Assembly (NCBI GenBank): GCA_963840455.1
Contig: CAWIYV010000010.1
Span: 32,001-96,000 of the forward strand
Direction: 5' to 3'
DNA length: 64,000 nucleotides
Source of the DNA: Nitrospirota bacterium
Lineage (GTDB): Bacteria > Nitrospirota > UBA9217
Positions within the stretch are counted from its first letter, which is position 1; every line of letters begins with the position of its first letter. Made by a program: the position numbers and the translations under genes. The notes beneath the pieces were generated by a model. The model worked only from the letters and a program-made list of their open reading frames with translations. It was not told the origin of the DNA and did not search any database. Shown here piece by piece: positions 11,801 to 21,007 of the stretch.

Positions 11801-12058
11801 GAGGACCTTTTTGTAGAGCGCGATGGCCTTGGAGGTGAAGCCATCCTCGGCGAGGATATCAGCGGCGCGCTTGTAGGCGTCCACGGCCTCGGCCTTGGCG
11901 TTCTTCTTGAGGCACAGATCGCCGATGGTATTGAAGATGTTCGCGTCGTTCGGCGTTTCCCTGACGAGCTTCCGCCATTCGGCAATAGCCTTGTCGAACT
12001 GGCCTTTACCCGCAAGTTTCTGCGCCTCTTTGATGACGGAATTTCTGTCGATGGCCAT
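8873..12058 (-). CDS. Large tetratricopeptide-repeat protein (SgmX-like architecture: N-terminal TPRs, acidic Pro/Ala/Glu linker, C-terminal TPRs)
   Basis: 1061 aa with repeated TPR motifs and C-terminal DTHYNLGVAYREMGLLDDAVSEF. Confidence 0.85.
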   Translation of the reverse strand: MAIDRNSVIKEAQKLAGKGQFDKAIAEWRKLVRETPNDANIFNTIGDLCLKKNAKAEAVDAYKRAADILAEDGFTSKAIALYKKVLNIDPEKIEVHLALGDMNADKGLTGNALESYKKVADHYKKKNDMPQALGIYQKMADLNPTNITFRMKLTEMYLKEGMQQEAVKAFLDAADQHIAKDAFQDARQIFEKILAVEPNNKEVYHKAGIVYFKEGKFAEACKALKPAFESDPDNQDLINLYLEALTKAGRAGDADEVYKKLLLLDPSRQDLHEKLYQIYLARQDFDKALKEAVILAEHRAESMDLEGAAGILKEFIAVTHDPLAGAVALAELFSKLGRATDGARELMLAADVLIERGSRDDAREVLGRASLLAPDLYEVKERLEGLTGVAPSKPAAPAAAELTEEPSEAVEELAIPEVPVPAAAPPRREAREEAADPAVIEALTEVDVLIKYGLGAKAVEQLEGIVRKYPEDPKVRARLLDLYRDQQNTMKAVVQALMLAELYEKKGRNDESQSVLRSALELAPGNPQIMAKLGMDGAEAEPEVPEAIETIEEPEAIETIDEVPELAIPGIEGLELQTPAEEDIEELQIPDEEPPAAPRRPKAASAPEEAEEISFGDEMLFEETEEEAPPQRGRAGRAYQPPAAKEEHPFEHPASVQETSAETDIAELWAEAEFYYQQGLFDEARKHYEKILDVKPGERRAMERVVEITREKEEDEEFSRLAEAVEGLENMVKSGPEASEEAVSPSDAQSVRSLMQEITEMRKGEKTAPAAKAPAKAAEPVPPPRREEPEESFADIDTETPAAAAPAVARFSAADSEESFADIDRELRGAGTRPAPKAPAPAPEPAGSDDSSDFFDLAAELRDELSASPAQRTSATVHEQSLDEIFEEFKAGVEAHEKKEDEDTHYNLGVAYREMGLLDDAVSEFNMTNEGEPKFIQSRYMLGLCYLEKGDFETAITEIQNALGYSYSFGEASEERLGMHYDLGLAFQGVGNNASALEQFQKVYNLGPTYREVEIKVHELQQGDLISMDAIKEDIEKEISFKFLEEGARIEREEKTKKSRK

Positions 12059-12163
12059 AGCAGTTCAAAATACCACATTTATGCGGAAAGTGTCAACACA
12101 GTTCACTCCCCAAGTCCATCTTTCCCTTGATTTTTCAAGGTAATCATGGTAAACATGCAAATC

Positions 12164-12682
12164 ATGGCAGTTCGAGAGATAAAAAAGTACCCGGACCCGG
12201 TCCTGAGGAGAAAAACAGCTTCCGTCGGAGCCATTGACGAGGACATTTGCCGCCTGATTGACGATATGGTGGAGACCATGCATGCGGCGCCGGGCGTCGG
12301 CCTGGCGGCCAACCAGGTGGGGGTCCCGCTCCAGGTCGCGGTCATCGACATCGGCAGTCACGAAGAAGAGGGGGAAAAACACTCTCTCGTGGTCCTGATC
12401 AACCCCGAGATCGTCTCCCAGGAAGGGGCCGTTGTGGCCGAGGAGGGCTGCCTCAGCGTCCCTGATTTCACGGAGAAGGTGAAGCGCGCTGCCCGCGTAA
12501 AAGTGCGGGCCAGGGACCGCGCTGGTAAGACCTTTGAATTGGAAGCCGACGGTCTCATGGCAAAGGCGCTCCAGCACGAGATCGACCACCTCAATGGCAT
12601 TCTCTTCATTGACCGGTTAAGCCCCATCAAGAAGAGCATTTTCCGGCGAAAACTAAAGAAGGCCCTTGCCGAGACCGCATAA
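12164..12682 (+). CDS. def: Peptide deformylase
   Basis: GVGLAANQVG, EGCLSVP, QHEIDHLNG. Confidence 0.98.
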   Translation: MAVREIKKYPDPVLRRKTASVGAIDEDICRLIDDMVETMHAAPGVGLAANQVGVPLQVAVIDIGSHEEEGEKHSLVVLINPEIVSQEGAVVAEEGCLSVPDFTEKVKRAARVKVRARDRAGKTFELEADGLMAKALQHEIDHLNGILFIDRLSPIKKSIFRRKLKKALAETA

Positions 12683-12684
12683 GG

Positions 12685-12817
12685 GCAAGCACGAATCACC
12701 ACATGACAAATCCCAAATAATTTCCAGTGTTCAAGATGCAACGATCTCGCCGTTTGATCATTGTCGTCTTGATGCCTGGGACTTGTTTGGGATTTGGCGC
12801 TTCGGATTTGGAACTTT
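12685..12817. repeat. Degenerate heptamer inverted-repeat tract (def/fmt gap)
   Basis: Left arm AAGCACG AATCACC ACATGAC AAATCCC AAATAAT; right arm TTGTTTG GGATTTG GCGCTTC GGATTTG GAACTTT. Confidence 0.65.
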
Positions 12818-13765
12818 ATGAGAATTGTTTATATGGGCACGCCGCCCTTCGCTGTTCCGTCGCTCCAGTCGCTGATCGCGGCAGGCAACGATGTCGTCGG
12901 CGTGGTCACCCGGATCGACAAGCCGGCGGGACGGGGAAAGGTCCTGACGCCTCCGGCGGTCAAGCTCGCGGCCGAGCAGTCGAGTGTGCCCGTGTTCCAG
13001 CCGAAACGGGTCAGGGAGCCGGCGAGCATCGAGGCGATTGGAACGATGCGGCCCGATGTCATCGTGGTCGCCGCCTACGGCCAGATCCTCCCGAAAGAGC
13101 TGCTGGGCCTGCCGAGGTACGGCTGCGTCAATATCCACGCCTCGCTCCTCCCGGCCTACCGCGGTGCGGCGCCGATCAATTGGGCCATCATCAACGGCGA
13201 GACGCGGACCGGCGTTACGATCATGCAGATGGACGAGGGCATGGACACCGGGGCGGTCCTGGCGCAGGAGGGCATTCCCATCGACCCCCGGGATACGGCC
13301 GGCACCCTGACGGAGAAGCTTGCCGAACTGGGCAGCTGGCTCATCGTCGATGCCCTGTCGCACATCGAAGCGGGAGGGCTCCCGGCCGTTCCGCAGGACC
13401 CCGACAAGGCGACGATGGCGCCGCTGCTCAAGAAAGAGGACGGCCGCATCGACTGGACCCTGGCCGCCCACACAATCCATAACCGGGTACGGGGGCTATC
13501 GCCCTGGCCGGGAGCTTATAGCTTCCTCGACGGAAAGCTGATCAAGGTCCTCGAGACGAAGGTCGCCGAGGGCGCCGGCGAGCCGGGATCGCTGCACGAA
13601 CAGGGCAGGGACGGCCTGATCGTTAGCACAGGAAAAGACATGCTCAGTATAGTGAGGCTCCAGCCCGAGGGCAAGAAGCCCATGTCCGCTTGCGAGTTTC
13701 TGCGGGGACACCGGGGAGTGGCGGGGAAGAAATTCAGCAACGGAGACTACACCCGAAGGGGGTAA
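12818..13765 (+). CDS. fmt: Methionyl-tRNA formyltransferase
   Basis: MRIVYMGTPPFAVPSL, NIHASLLPAYRGAAPI, MDEGMDTG. Confidence 0.98.
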   Translation: MRIVYMGTPPFAVPSLQSLIAAGNDVVGVVTRIDKPAGRGKVLTPPAVKLAAEQSSVPVFQPKRVREPASIEAIGTMRPDVIVVAAYGQILPKELLGLPRYGCVNIHASLLPAYRGAAPINWAIINGETRTGVTIMQMDEGMDTGAVLAQEGIPIDPRDTAGTLTEKLAELGSWLIVDALSHIEAGGLPAVPQDPDKATMAPLLKKEDGRIDWTLAAHTIHNRVRGLSPWPGAYSFLDGKLIKVLETKVAEGAGEPGSLHEQGRDGLIVSTGKDMLSIVRLQPEGKKPMSACEFLRGHRGVAGKKFSNGDYTRRG

Positions 13766-13830
13766 AGGGTTAGGGAACACGACATTACCCCTGACACGTT
13801 ACTCTTCACGCCTATCCTATTGAGAAAACC

Positions 13831-14610
13831 ATGTCCGAACCGAAAAAACGCATATTCATCGGCCTCATCGTCTTCACGGTCGTTCTCATCACGGCAGTCA
13901 CGGTGGGGCTCTATCTGATCCCCTATATCGGTCTCAAGAACATCCATCCCCTGGCGCCGAAGGTCGTCTGCGCGACCATGGGGCTGGTCATCGGTGTTCT
14001 CATCCTCGGCGTGGCGCTCTTGATCGTTACGCTTGTCCGGGGAAGAGAGGTCTTTTTTGCAGCGAAGCTCCGGGGGATCATCGTTGAAGTGCTCTTTCCC
14101 ATCATGATCGTCATCGGCAAGCTCCTGGGCATCTCCAAGGAGAAGATCCAGCAGTCCTTCGTCGAGGTGAACAACCTCCTTGTCCGCGCCAAGTTCAGAG
14201 GCTCCCGGACCGAACGCATCCTGCTCCTCATGCCCCACTGCCTCCAGTTCAACGACTGCAGCATCAAGATCACGAGCGACGTGTACAAGTGCGCGGCCTG
14301 CGGCAAATGCAGGATCAAGGACCTCGTGGCGCTGGCGCAGAAATATCAGGTCCACCTCTCCGTCGCCACGGGCGGAACGCTGGCCCGTCGGCGCGTTGCG
14401 GAGGCAAAGCCCCAGGCGATCATCGCGGTTGCATGCGAGCGCGACCTGACGAGCGGCATCCAGGACTCCTATCCCCTGCCGGTCATTGGCATTCTGAACG
14501 ACCGCCCCTTCGGGCCGTGCTTTAATACCAGCGTCGATATCACCAAGGTCGCAGAGGCCCTTGAGTTCCTCGCCGGAGGCCGGCGTGAGCCCCGCGTCGC
14601 GAACGGATAA
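13831..14610 (+). CDS. DUF116 family membrane protein
   Basis: Two N-terminal TM helices; LLMPHCLQ, CAACGKC, ATGGTLARR, AVACERDL, RPFGPCFNT; usual position between fmt and rsmB. Confidence 0.9.
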   Translation: MSEPKKRIFIGLIVFTVVLITAVTVGLYLIPYIGLKNIHPLAPKVVCATMGLVIGVLILGVALLIVTLVRGREVFFAAKLRGIIVEVLFPIMIVIGKLLGISKEKIQQSFVEVNNLLVRAKFRGSRTERILLLMPHCLQFNDCSIKITSDVYKCAACGKCRIKDLVALAQKYQVHLSVATGGTLARRRVAEAKPQAIIAVACERDLTSGIQDSYPLPVIGILNDRPFGPCFNTSVDITKVAEALEFLAGGRREPRVANG

Positions 14611-15949
14611 GCCCCGGGAGCGCGCCCTTTCCATCCTTCACAGCATTGAGCGTGGCGGCTTTGCTGATCCCCTGCTCGACGCGGCCCGCAAGGACTTCGA
14701 CGGGCGGGACAGCGCCTTCATCCTCGAACTGGTCTACGGCGTCCTGCGGAACCGCTCCCTCCTTGACTGGACCCTGGACCGCTTCTCCGAAAAGCCTATC
14801 GCAAAGACCGACGCCTGGACCCGGAACATCCTGCGGATGGCGGCCTATCAAATGATCCATCTTGACCGGGTACCGGCAAGCGCTGCCGTGAACACGGCAA
14901 CGGAGCTGGCGAAGATCTACGGAAAGAAGGGCGGCTACGTCAATGGCCTGCTCCGCACGTTCGAGCGGAACAAGACCGCCCTCCCCCTGCCGCCCGCCGA
15001 CAGCCCGCTCTCGCGCCTGTCCGTCATCCATTCCCATCCGGCATGGCTCGTCCGGCGCTGGCTGGATCGCCTCGGTATGCAAGCGGCCGACGAGGTTCTC
15101 AGGAACAATAACCGTCATGCGCCGCTGATGATCCGGACCAATGTGCTCAAGGGAAAGAGGAGCGACCTGCTGCCGCTCCTCGAAGCCCAGGGTGCATCCG
15201 TTCGGGCATCGCCTTATTCGCCTGCGGGTATCGAGGTCCTCTCTTCGCCCGGTATCGCTGTTCTGCCGGCCTATAGGGACGGCTGGTTCATGGTCCAGGA
15301 CGAGGCGGCTCAGCTCGTCGGCATGATGCTTTCCCCGCAAGAGGGTGAGACGGTGCTGGATGCATGCGCCGCGCCGGGAGGCAAAGCTACCCACCTAGCT
15401 GAGCTGATGGGTGATCAAGGAAGCGTGGTCGCTCTTGAGAGCGACAAGAAACGGATAGGAAAGATCAGCGCGAACAGCAGCAGGCTCGGCATCAGGATCA
15501 TCAGGCCCGTCCTCGGCGATGCGGCGACCTATCGGGAAGGGACCTACGACAGGATCCTGATCGATGCCCCCTGTTCGGGCCTCGGCGTGCTTCGGCGGCA
15601 CCCTGACGGCAGGTGGGCCAAAACCGAGGAGAGCATCAGCGAGCGGGCATCACTCCAAAAGAAGATCCTGGAGAACTGCGCTAAACTCGTGAGGCCTGGC
15701 GGCGTACTGGTCTATGCGACCTGCACCACGGAACCGGAGGAGAACGAGGCCGTGGTCAACGCCTTTGTCGCGACCTCTCGAGGCGAATTCCGCGTCGACG
15801 ATCCCCGGCCCTATCTTCCCGATACGGCCGCAGCGCTCGTGGGTTCGGACGGATTCTTCCGGACCTTTCCGGATGCGCCATTGATGGACGGATTCTTCGG
15901 TGCGAGGATCATAAAAAAGACCTGGGATACGTGTACAGTGAACGGTTAG
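14585..15949 (+). CDS. rsmB: 16S rRNA m5C967 methyltransferase
   Basis: NusB-like N-terminus, VQDEAAQ, LDACAAPGGKATH, DAPCSGLG, YATCT. Confidence 0.96.
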   Translation: MSPASRTDKPRERALSILHSIERGGFADPLLDAARKDFDGRDSAFILELVYGVLRNRSLLDWTLDRFSEKPIAKTDAWTRNILRMAAYQMIHLDRVPASAAVNTATELAKIYGKKGGYVNGLLRTFERNKTALPLPPADSPLSRLSVIHSHPAWLVRRWLDRLGMQAADEVLRNNNRHAPLMIRTNVLKGKRSDLLPLLEAQGASVRASPYSPAGIEVLSSPGIAVLPAYRDGWFMVQDEAAQLVGMMLSPQEGETVLDACAAPGGKATHLAELMGDQGSVVALESDKKRIGKISANSSRLGIRIIRPVLGDAATYREGTYDRILIDAPCSGLGVLRRHPDGRWAKTEESISERASLQKKILENCAKLVRPGGVLVYATCTTEPEENEAVVNAFVATSRGEFRVDDPRPYLPDTAAALVGSDGFFRTFPDAPLMDGFFGARIIKKTWDTCTVNG

Positions 15950-16079
15950 AGGACCAACGGGAAGCGGTTCTCCCCTCACCCTTTACCTCTTACGCCTGAC
16001 GTATTGACGGTATTATTGTATCTGCTTGCATATTCCCCTCATTACTGGTAAAATGCGGGCTCGCATTTATTCCTCAATC

Positions 16080-16796
16080 ATGAACCGTTTTCTCAAAGGC
16101 ATCGGGATATTCCTGACGCTGATCGTTGTCGGCATCGTCAGCGCCTTCGCGGTCATCGCACTGCTGCTCCGCCAGGAAGAAGTGAGGGTCCCGGACCTTA
16201 CAGGCCAGGACATCATCACGGTCATCGAGGTGGTCGGCCAGCATGGGCTGCAGCTCAAGGTGGACCGCCGCGAGCCGAGCCAGACCATGCCCCGGGATGC
16301 CGTGGTATCCCAGGCCCCCCCGCCGGGCACGGGCCTCAAGAAGGGGCGGTCCGTGCACGTCGTGGTCAGTCAGGGCCCGAGCGAATTGCTGGCGCCCCGG
16401 CTGATCGGCGAGCAGTACCGGAAGGCTGAGATCCTCCTGCGGCAAGGCGGACTTCTCTCCTTCGATGTGGCGCGGGTGTGGTCCGAAACAGTTGAGCGGG
16501 ACCTCGTGATCGCCCAGGACCCGCCGACGGGCACACCGCTCGAAAAGGGCGGCGGGGTAAGCCTCCTTGTGAGCCTCGGGAAAAAAGGGCGGTTGTACGT
16601 TACACCGTCGCTGGTCGGGAAAAAAGCGGAAGCGGCGGCCCGCCTGGTGGACCGTATGGGCCTCCAGCACCGCATCGTGTCGCGGAGCTCGAGCACCCGG
16701 CAGCAGACCGGCGATCGGGTCGTGGTGCGGCAGAAGCCCGCCGCCGGATATCCGCTCACTGCGGACACGGTGGTGGAACTGATGGTGGGAAAATGA
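16080..16796 (+). CDS. PASTA-domain membrane protein (three PASTA repeats)
   Basis: N-terminal TM, then VRVPDLTG...SQAPPPG, IAQDPPTG, VRQKPAAG. Confidence 0.9.
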   Translation: MNRFLKGIGIFLTLIVVGIVSAFAVIALLLRQEEVRVPDLTGQDIITVIEVVGQHGLQLKVDRREPSQTMPRDAVVSQAPPPGTGLKKGRSVHVVVSQGPSELLAPRLIGEQYRKAEILLRQGGLLSFDVARVWSETVERDLVIAQDPPTGTPLEKGGGVSLLVSLGKKGRLYVTPSLVGKKAEAAARLVDRMGLQHRIVSRSSSTRQQTGDRVVVRQKPAAGYPLTADTVVELMVGK

Positions 16797-16894
16797 ATGA
16801 ACAGTCAATGTTCAGCGTTCAAGGTTCAACGTGGCGGCATCCTCATATTGAAGATCGGATCGTGAATGTGGTTTAGGCTCTCTCGAGGTATCCC

Positions 16895-17557
16895 ATGCCG
16901 AAAAAAGTGAAAGTGGCGCCCTCCATCCTGTCGGCTGATTTCTCCCGCCTGGGCGAGGAGATCCGGGCTGTTGAGGCCGCTGGCGCGGACATCATCCATA
17001 TCGACGTCATGGACGGGCACTTCGTCCCGAACATCACCATCGGCCCCCTCATCGTGCAGGCGGCCCGGAAGGTGACGAAGCTGCCGCTGGATGTTCACCT
17101 CATGATCGAGAACCCCGAGCTGTACATCGCCGACTTCGCGAAGGCGGGCGCCGACTATCTGACGGTCCATGCCGAAGCCGCTTATCACCTCCACCGCCTG
17201 GTGCAGAGCATCAGGGAGCACAAGGGCGTGAAGGCCGCGGTCTCGCTGAACCCCGCGACGCCCCTCGATGCGCTTGACTACGTTCTGGGCGACCTGGATA
17301 TGGTCCTCATCATGTCCGTGAACCCGGGGTTCGGCGGCCAGGCGTTCATCCCCTCGCAGCTTGACAAGATCCGGGCGCTCCGGAAGCGCATCGATGACCG
17401 CAGGCTCGATCTGGAGATCGAGGTGGACGGCGGCATCAAGACCGACAATGCCGCCGAGGTGGCCGCTGCCGGCGCCGACATCCTCGTTGCGGGATCAGCG
17501 GTCTTCGGCGCAAAGGACTACGCGGCCGCAATCAAAGGAATACGAGGGATAAGATAA
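16895..17557 (+). CDS. rpe: Ribulose-phosphate 3-epimerase
   Basis: [36 protein letters not shown]. Confidence 0.98.
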   Translation: MPKKVKVAPSILSADFSRLGEEIRAVEAAGADIIHIDVMDGHFVPNITIGPLIVQAARKVTKLPLDVHLMIENPELYIADFAKAGADYLTVHAEAAYHLHRLVQSIREHKGVKAAVSLNPATPLDALDYVLGDLDMVLIMSVNPGFGGQAFIPSQLDKIRALRKRIDDRRLDLEIEVDGGIKTDNAAEVAAAGADILVAGSAVFGAKDYAAAIKGIRGIR

Positions 17558-17630
17558 TTCAAGATTCAAAATGGAAGATTCAAGGGAAGGTCGCGTTCAT
17601 TTTGAATTTTGCGTATTGAATATTGAACTT
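17556..17630. repeat. Heptamer inverted-repeat tract (rpe/citrate synthase gap)
   Basis: AATTCAA GATTCAA AATGGAA GATTCAA ... TTTTGAA TTTTGCG TATTGAA TATTGAA. Confidence 0.75.
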
Positions 17631-17649
17631 GTTGTTTCAGGAGGCACCC

Positions 17650-19437
17650 GTGACGATCAAGAAACAGACCATCAACATCCCCTTTGAGCTGAAGGACGTG
17701 AAGGAGCCGATCCTGTACCGTGAGATGTTCCCCTATTCGAGCGTCCCCAAGGTCGTGTTCGAGGACCGCATCATCCAGATCAACATGCCGAAGGACATCT
17801 GGCTCACGGACACGACCTTCCGCGACGGCCAGCAGTCCCGGCCGCCCTACACGCCGAAACAGATCGCGGAGATCTTCGACTTCATGCACCGCATGAGCGG
17901 GCCCAGCGGCGTGATCCGCCAGACAGAGTTCTTCCTCTACTCCGAAAAGGACCGGGAGGCCGTCCGACTTTGTCTGGAGCGGGGATACCGCTTTCCCGAG
18001 GTTACCGGGTGGATCCGGGCGAACAAGAACGACTTCAAGCTCGTGAAGGAGATGGGGCTCAAGGAGACCGGCATCCTCACCTCCTGCTCGGACTATCACA
18101 TCTTCCTCAAGATGAACCTGTCCCGCAAGGACGCGCTCAAGGCGTACCTCGATATCGTGGCCACCGCCCTGGAGCAGGGCATCATCCCCCGCTGCCATCT
18201 GGAGGACATCACTCGCGCGGACTTCTACGGGTTCGTCATCCCCTTCGTGCAGAACCTCATGAGGCTTTCCCAGTCGGCCAAGATGCCGGTGAAGGTCCGC
18301 GCCTGCGATACCATGGGCTACGGGTTCCCCTTCCCCGGGACCTCATTGCCGCGCGGCGTGCCTGAGATCTTCTACGCCCTGATCCACGAGGGGGGCGTTC
18401 CGTCGGAGCTCCTCGAGTGGCACGGGCACAACGATTTCCACAAAGGGCTCGTGAACGGCACGGCAGCATGGCTCTACGGCTGCTCGGCGGTGAACGGCGC
18501 GCTGCTCGGCTTCGGCGAGCGCACCGGCAACACGCCCGTCGAGGCCATGCTGATCGACTACATCAGCCTGACCGGGAACGACGCGGGCATCGATACCGCA
18601 GCGATCACGGAAATGGCCGAGTATTTCCGCCAGGAGATGGGCTTCCCCATCCCCTCGAACTACCCCTTTGTCGGCTCCGAATTCAACTCAACGGCAGCCG
18701 GCATCCATGCGGACGGCATGATGAAGAACGAGGAGATCTACAACATCTTCGACACCACCAAGATCCTGAAGCGGCCCATGGGCGTGATCATCACCGACAA
18801 GTCCGGCATCGCCGGCATCGCCCACTGGGTGAACAGCCATCTCGGTCTCGACGCGGACAAGAAGATCGACAAGCGCCACCCCGGGCTCGCCAAGATGCAC
18901 AAGTGGGTCATGGAGCAGTACGAGCAGGGCAGGACCACGAGCATGTCCCACGACGAGCTGCTGGATAAAGCGAAGAAATATCTGCCCGAGTACTTCGTTT
19001 CGGACCTCGACAAGCTGAAAAAGAAGGCGCAGGAGATCGCCCTGCACCTCGTGGAAGAGATGGTGGAGCTGAAGGAGATGCGCACCATGGACAACGCGAA
19101 GCAGGAAGCGGCCCTCCAGAAGCTCCTGGACGAGAACCCCTTCATCCAGTTCGCCTATGTGGTCAACAGCGAGGGGAAAAAGACGACGCGGAACATCACG
19201 CAGATCCAGTACAAGGCCCAGTTCGAGCATGCGGGCCTGGGCGACAACTTCTCGGACCGCCCCTGGTTCATCAGCCCCATGAAGGACGGCAAAAGCTTCG
19301 TTTCGGACTTCTACACCTCGAAGATCACCGGCGCCCTGTGCATCACCGTATCGGCGCCCGTTGCCAACGACGAGAGCAACATCATCGGCGTGTTCGGCGT
19401 GGACATCCGGTTCGAGGACCTGGTGCGGGCGGATTAG
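17650..19437 (+). CDS. DRE-TIM metallolyase, Re-citrate-synthase-like, with C-terminal Cache-like domain
   Basis: DTTFRDGQQSR, WHGHNDF, GERTGN, AGIHADG; C-terminal FSDRPWF...YTSKITGALCITVSAPV...GVFGVDI is Cache/PDC-like. Confidence 0.85.
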   Translation: MTIKKQTINIPFELKDVKEPILYREMFPYSSVPKVVFEDRIIQINMPKDIWLTDTTFRDGQQSRPPYTPKQIAEIFDFMHRMSGPSGVIRQTEFFLYSEKDREAVRLCLERGYRFPEVTGWIRANKNDFKLVKEMGLKETGILTSCSDYHIFLKMNLSRKDALKAYLDIVATALEQGIIPRCHLEDITRADFYGFVIPFVQNLMRLSQSAKMPVKVRACDTMGYGFPFPGTSLPRGVPEIFYALIHEGGVPSELLEWHGHNDFHKGLVNGTAAWLYGCSAVNGALLGFGERTGNTPVEAMLIDYISLTGNDAGIDTAAITEMAEYFRQEMGFPIPSNYPFVGSEFNSTAAGIHADGMMKNEEIYNIFDTTKILKRPMGVIITDKSGIAGIAHWVNSHLGLDADKKIDKRHPGLAKMHKWVMEQYEQGRTTSMSHDELLDKAKKYLPEYFVSDLDKLKKKAQEIALHLVEEMVELKEMRTMDNAKQEAALQKLLDENPFIQFAYVVNSEGKKTTRNITQIQYKAQFEHAGLGDNFSDRPWFISPMKDGKSFVSDFYTSKITGALCITVSAPVANDESNIIGVFGVDIRFEDLVRAD

Positions 19438-19464
19438 GATTAGTATCAGCGGCAGGCAGCGATC

Positions 19465-19502
19465 AAAAAAAAGCCGTACGTCCCTGGGGGCGTACGGCTT
19501 TT
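19465..19502. terminator. Bidirectional terminator
   Basis: AAAAAAAAGCCGTACG...CGTACGGCTTTT between convergent genes. Confidence 0.85.
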
Positions 19503-19543
19503 CTGTTGACAGGAGCCTTTGCAGGCCCGCGGCACAGCCTCGG

Positions 19544-20749
19544 TCACGGGTGCCGTGCGACGGTCCAGTCATCGATCGGGAAGAACTTTCCTCCCTTGAT
19601 GATGGTGGGATACACGGTCTGCGATCCCTGGTGGTCATCCTTCGCAAAGCTGATCTTGTTTCCCGCCTGGATGTCGAGGCCCTTGATGCTCTCCACGGTG
19701 TCGATGAATCCCTCCCGCGTCAGGTTCTTCCCCGCCCGCTTCAAAGCCTCAACGAAGACCTTCGTAGCGAGATACCCCTCGAGGCTCACGAAATTGGGCT
19801 TCATCAACGGGAAATGCCTGTTCATGGCGTTGAGATAGTCCGTCACCGCCGGATAGTTCTTGCCGTCTGTATTGAACGGCGGAACGACCTGGGTCACCAC
19901 CACGCCGAACCCGTACTTGTCGAGCAGCATCGCCATACGGTCGGGACCGACGAAGGAGACGTTCATGAACACCGGGTCCGGGTCCTTGCGTTTTTCGAGG
20001 AGCGTCTTGCGTTTCCATAAGGTGATGAACTTGGCGCAGGCACTGTAGGTCCCGGCCATGACCACGGCATCGGGCTTCGCCGACATGATCCTGTCCAGGG
20101 CTTCATTCACGTTCTCGAAATTGCGGGTGTACGTTCCGATGGCCACGGGGGCAAGGCTCCTCCGGTTGAGCGCCAGTGTGGCCCCGTCCAGCACGGCCTT
20201 CCCATACCCGTCGTCCTGGTAGAAGACCGCGACCTTCCGGTACCCCAGTACGTCCACCATGCCCTTGATGAAGACCTCGGTCTCCTGGTTGTAGCTCGCG
20301 CGGTAGTGCAAGAGGTACCGGTCCACCGGCTTCCGGAGCGATTCCGCCCCGGTGAAGGGGGCGAACAGGAAGACCTTCTCCTCGTCGAGCATCTTCCGGA
20401 TCGCCAGGGCAGTGGGCGTTCCCACATTCCCGAGGAGACCGAAAACGCCGTCCTCCTTGATCAGTTTCGTGGCGTTCGTAACGGCGTTCTTCGGTTCATA
20501 CCCGTCGTCATAGGCGATAAGCTTGATCTTGCGGCCATGCACCCCGCCTGCCTCGTTCACGGAATTAAGGTACGCTTCGACGCCCATCTTGAAGCTCGTG
20601 CCGAGGAACGATGCCGCTCCGTTCAGCGCCGTGGACATGCCCATCGTGACCTGGGTGCCCGTGACGCCGGTCTCGGCGCGGGCATTGACTGCCCCGGCAA
20701 TGACCATCCAAAGCATGATGACGACGATGACCAACCGCTTCCTGTTCAT
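19544..20749 (-). CDS. Branched-chain amino acid (LivJ-like) periplasmic binding protein
   Basis: Signal peptide; GGVHGRKIKLIAYDDGYEP, GNVGTPT, YRASYNQE, SLEGYLA. Confidence 0.92.
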   Translation of the reverse strand: MNRKRLVIVVIMLWMVIAGAVNARAETGVTGTQVTMGMSTALNGAASFLGTSFKMGVEAYLNSVNEAGGVHGRKIKLIAYDDGYEPKNAVTNATKLIKEDGVFGLLGNVGTPTALAIRKMLDEEKVFLFAPFTGAESLRKPVDRYLLHYRASYNQETEVFIKGMVDVLGYRKVAVFYQDDGYGKAVLDGATLALNRRSLAPVAIGTYTRNFENVNEALDRIMSAKPDAVVMAGTYSACAKFITLWKRKTLLEKRKDPDPVFMNVSFVGPDRMAMLLDKYGFGVVVTQVVPPFNTDGKNYPAVTDYLNAMNRHFPLMKPNFVSLEGYLATKVFVEALKRAGKNLTREGFIDTVESIKGLDIQAGNKISFAKDDHQGSQTVYPTIIKGGKFFPIDDWTVARHP

Positions 20750-20970
20750 AGTTGCTCCTTGTCGCAGATTATTTAAAAAAGCACAAGCGCCCGTCAGGCC
20801 CCGCGACCGGGCGCAGTATACCCGATATAAGAAATTTTACAAGGACTATTTATTTATAGTATGCTTGAGTCGTACCGGAAGGATGGGATATCCGGTGTCT
20901 TCGGCCTGGACATCCGCTTAAGGGATCTGGTCCAGGCGGAAGAGCGGGCCGCCCTGCTGTGCGCACGCAA

Positions 20971-21005
20971 GAAAGCCGTATGACCAGAGGCCATACGGCT
21001 TTTTT
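20971..21005 (-). terminator. Hairpin/terminator at the end of the upstream binding-protein paralog
   Basis: AAAGCCGTATG...CATACGGCTTT, homologous to the 19465-19502 hairpin. Confidence 0.7.
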
Positions 21006-21007
21006 CG

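Noticed and set aside
8864-12130. 1088-aa plus-strand ORF, and similar long ORFs at 39365-42196, 27964-29592, 23174-24448 and 61534-63180
   Set aside because: Antisense shadows of clear genes, caused by high-GC codon bias; no recognisable motifs.
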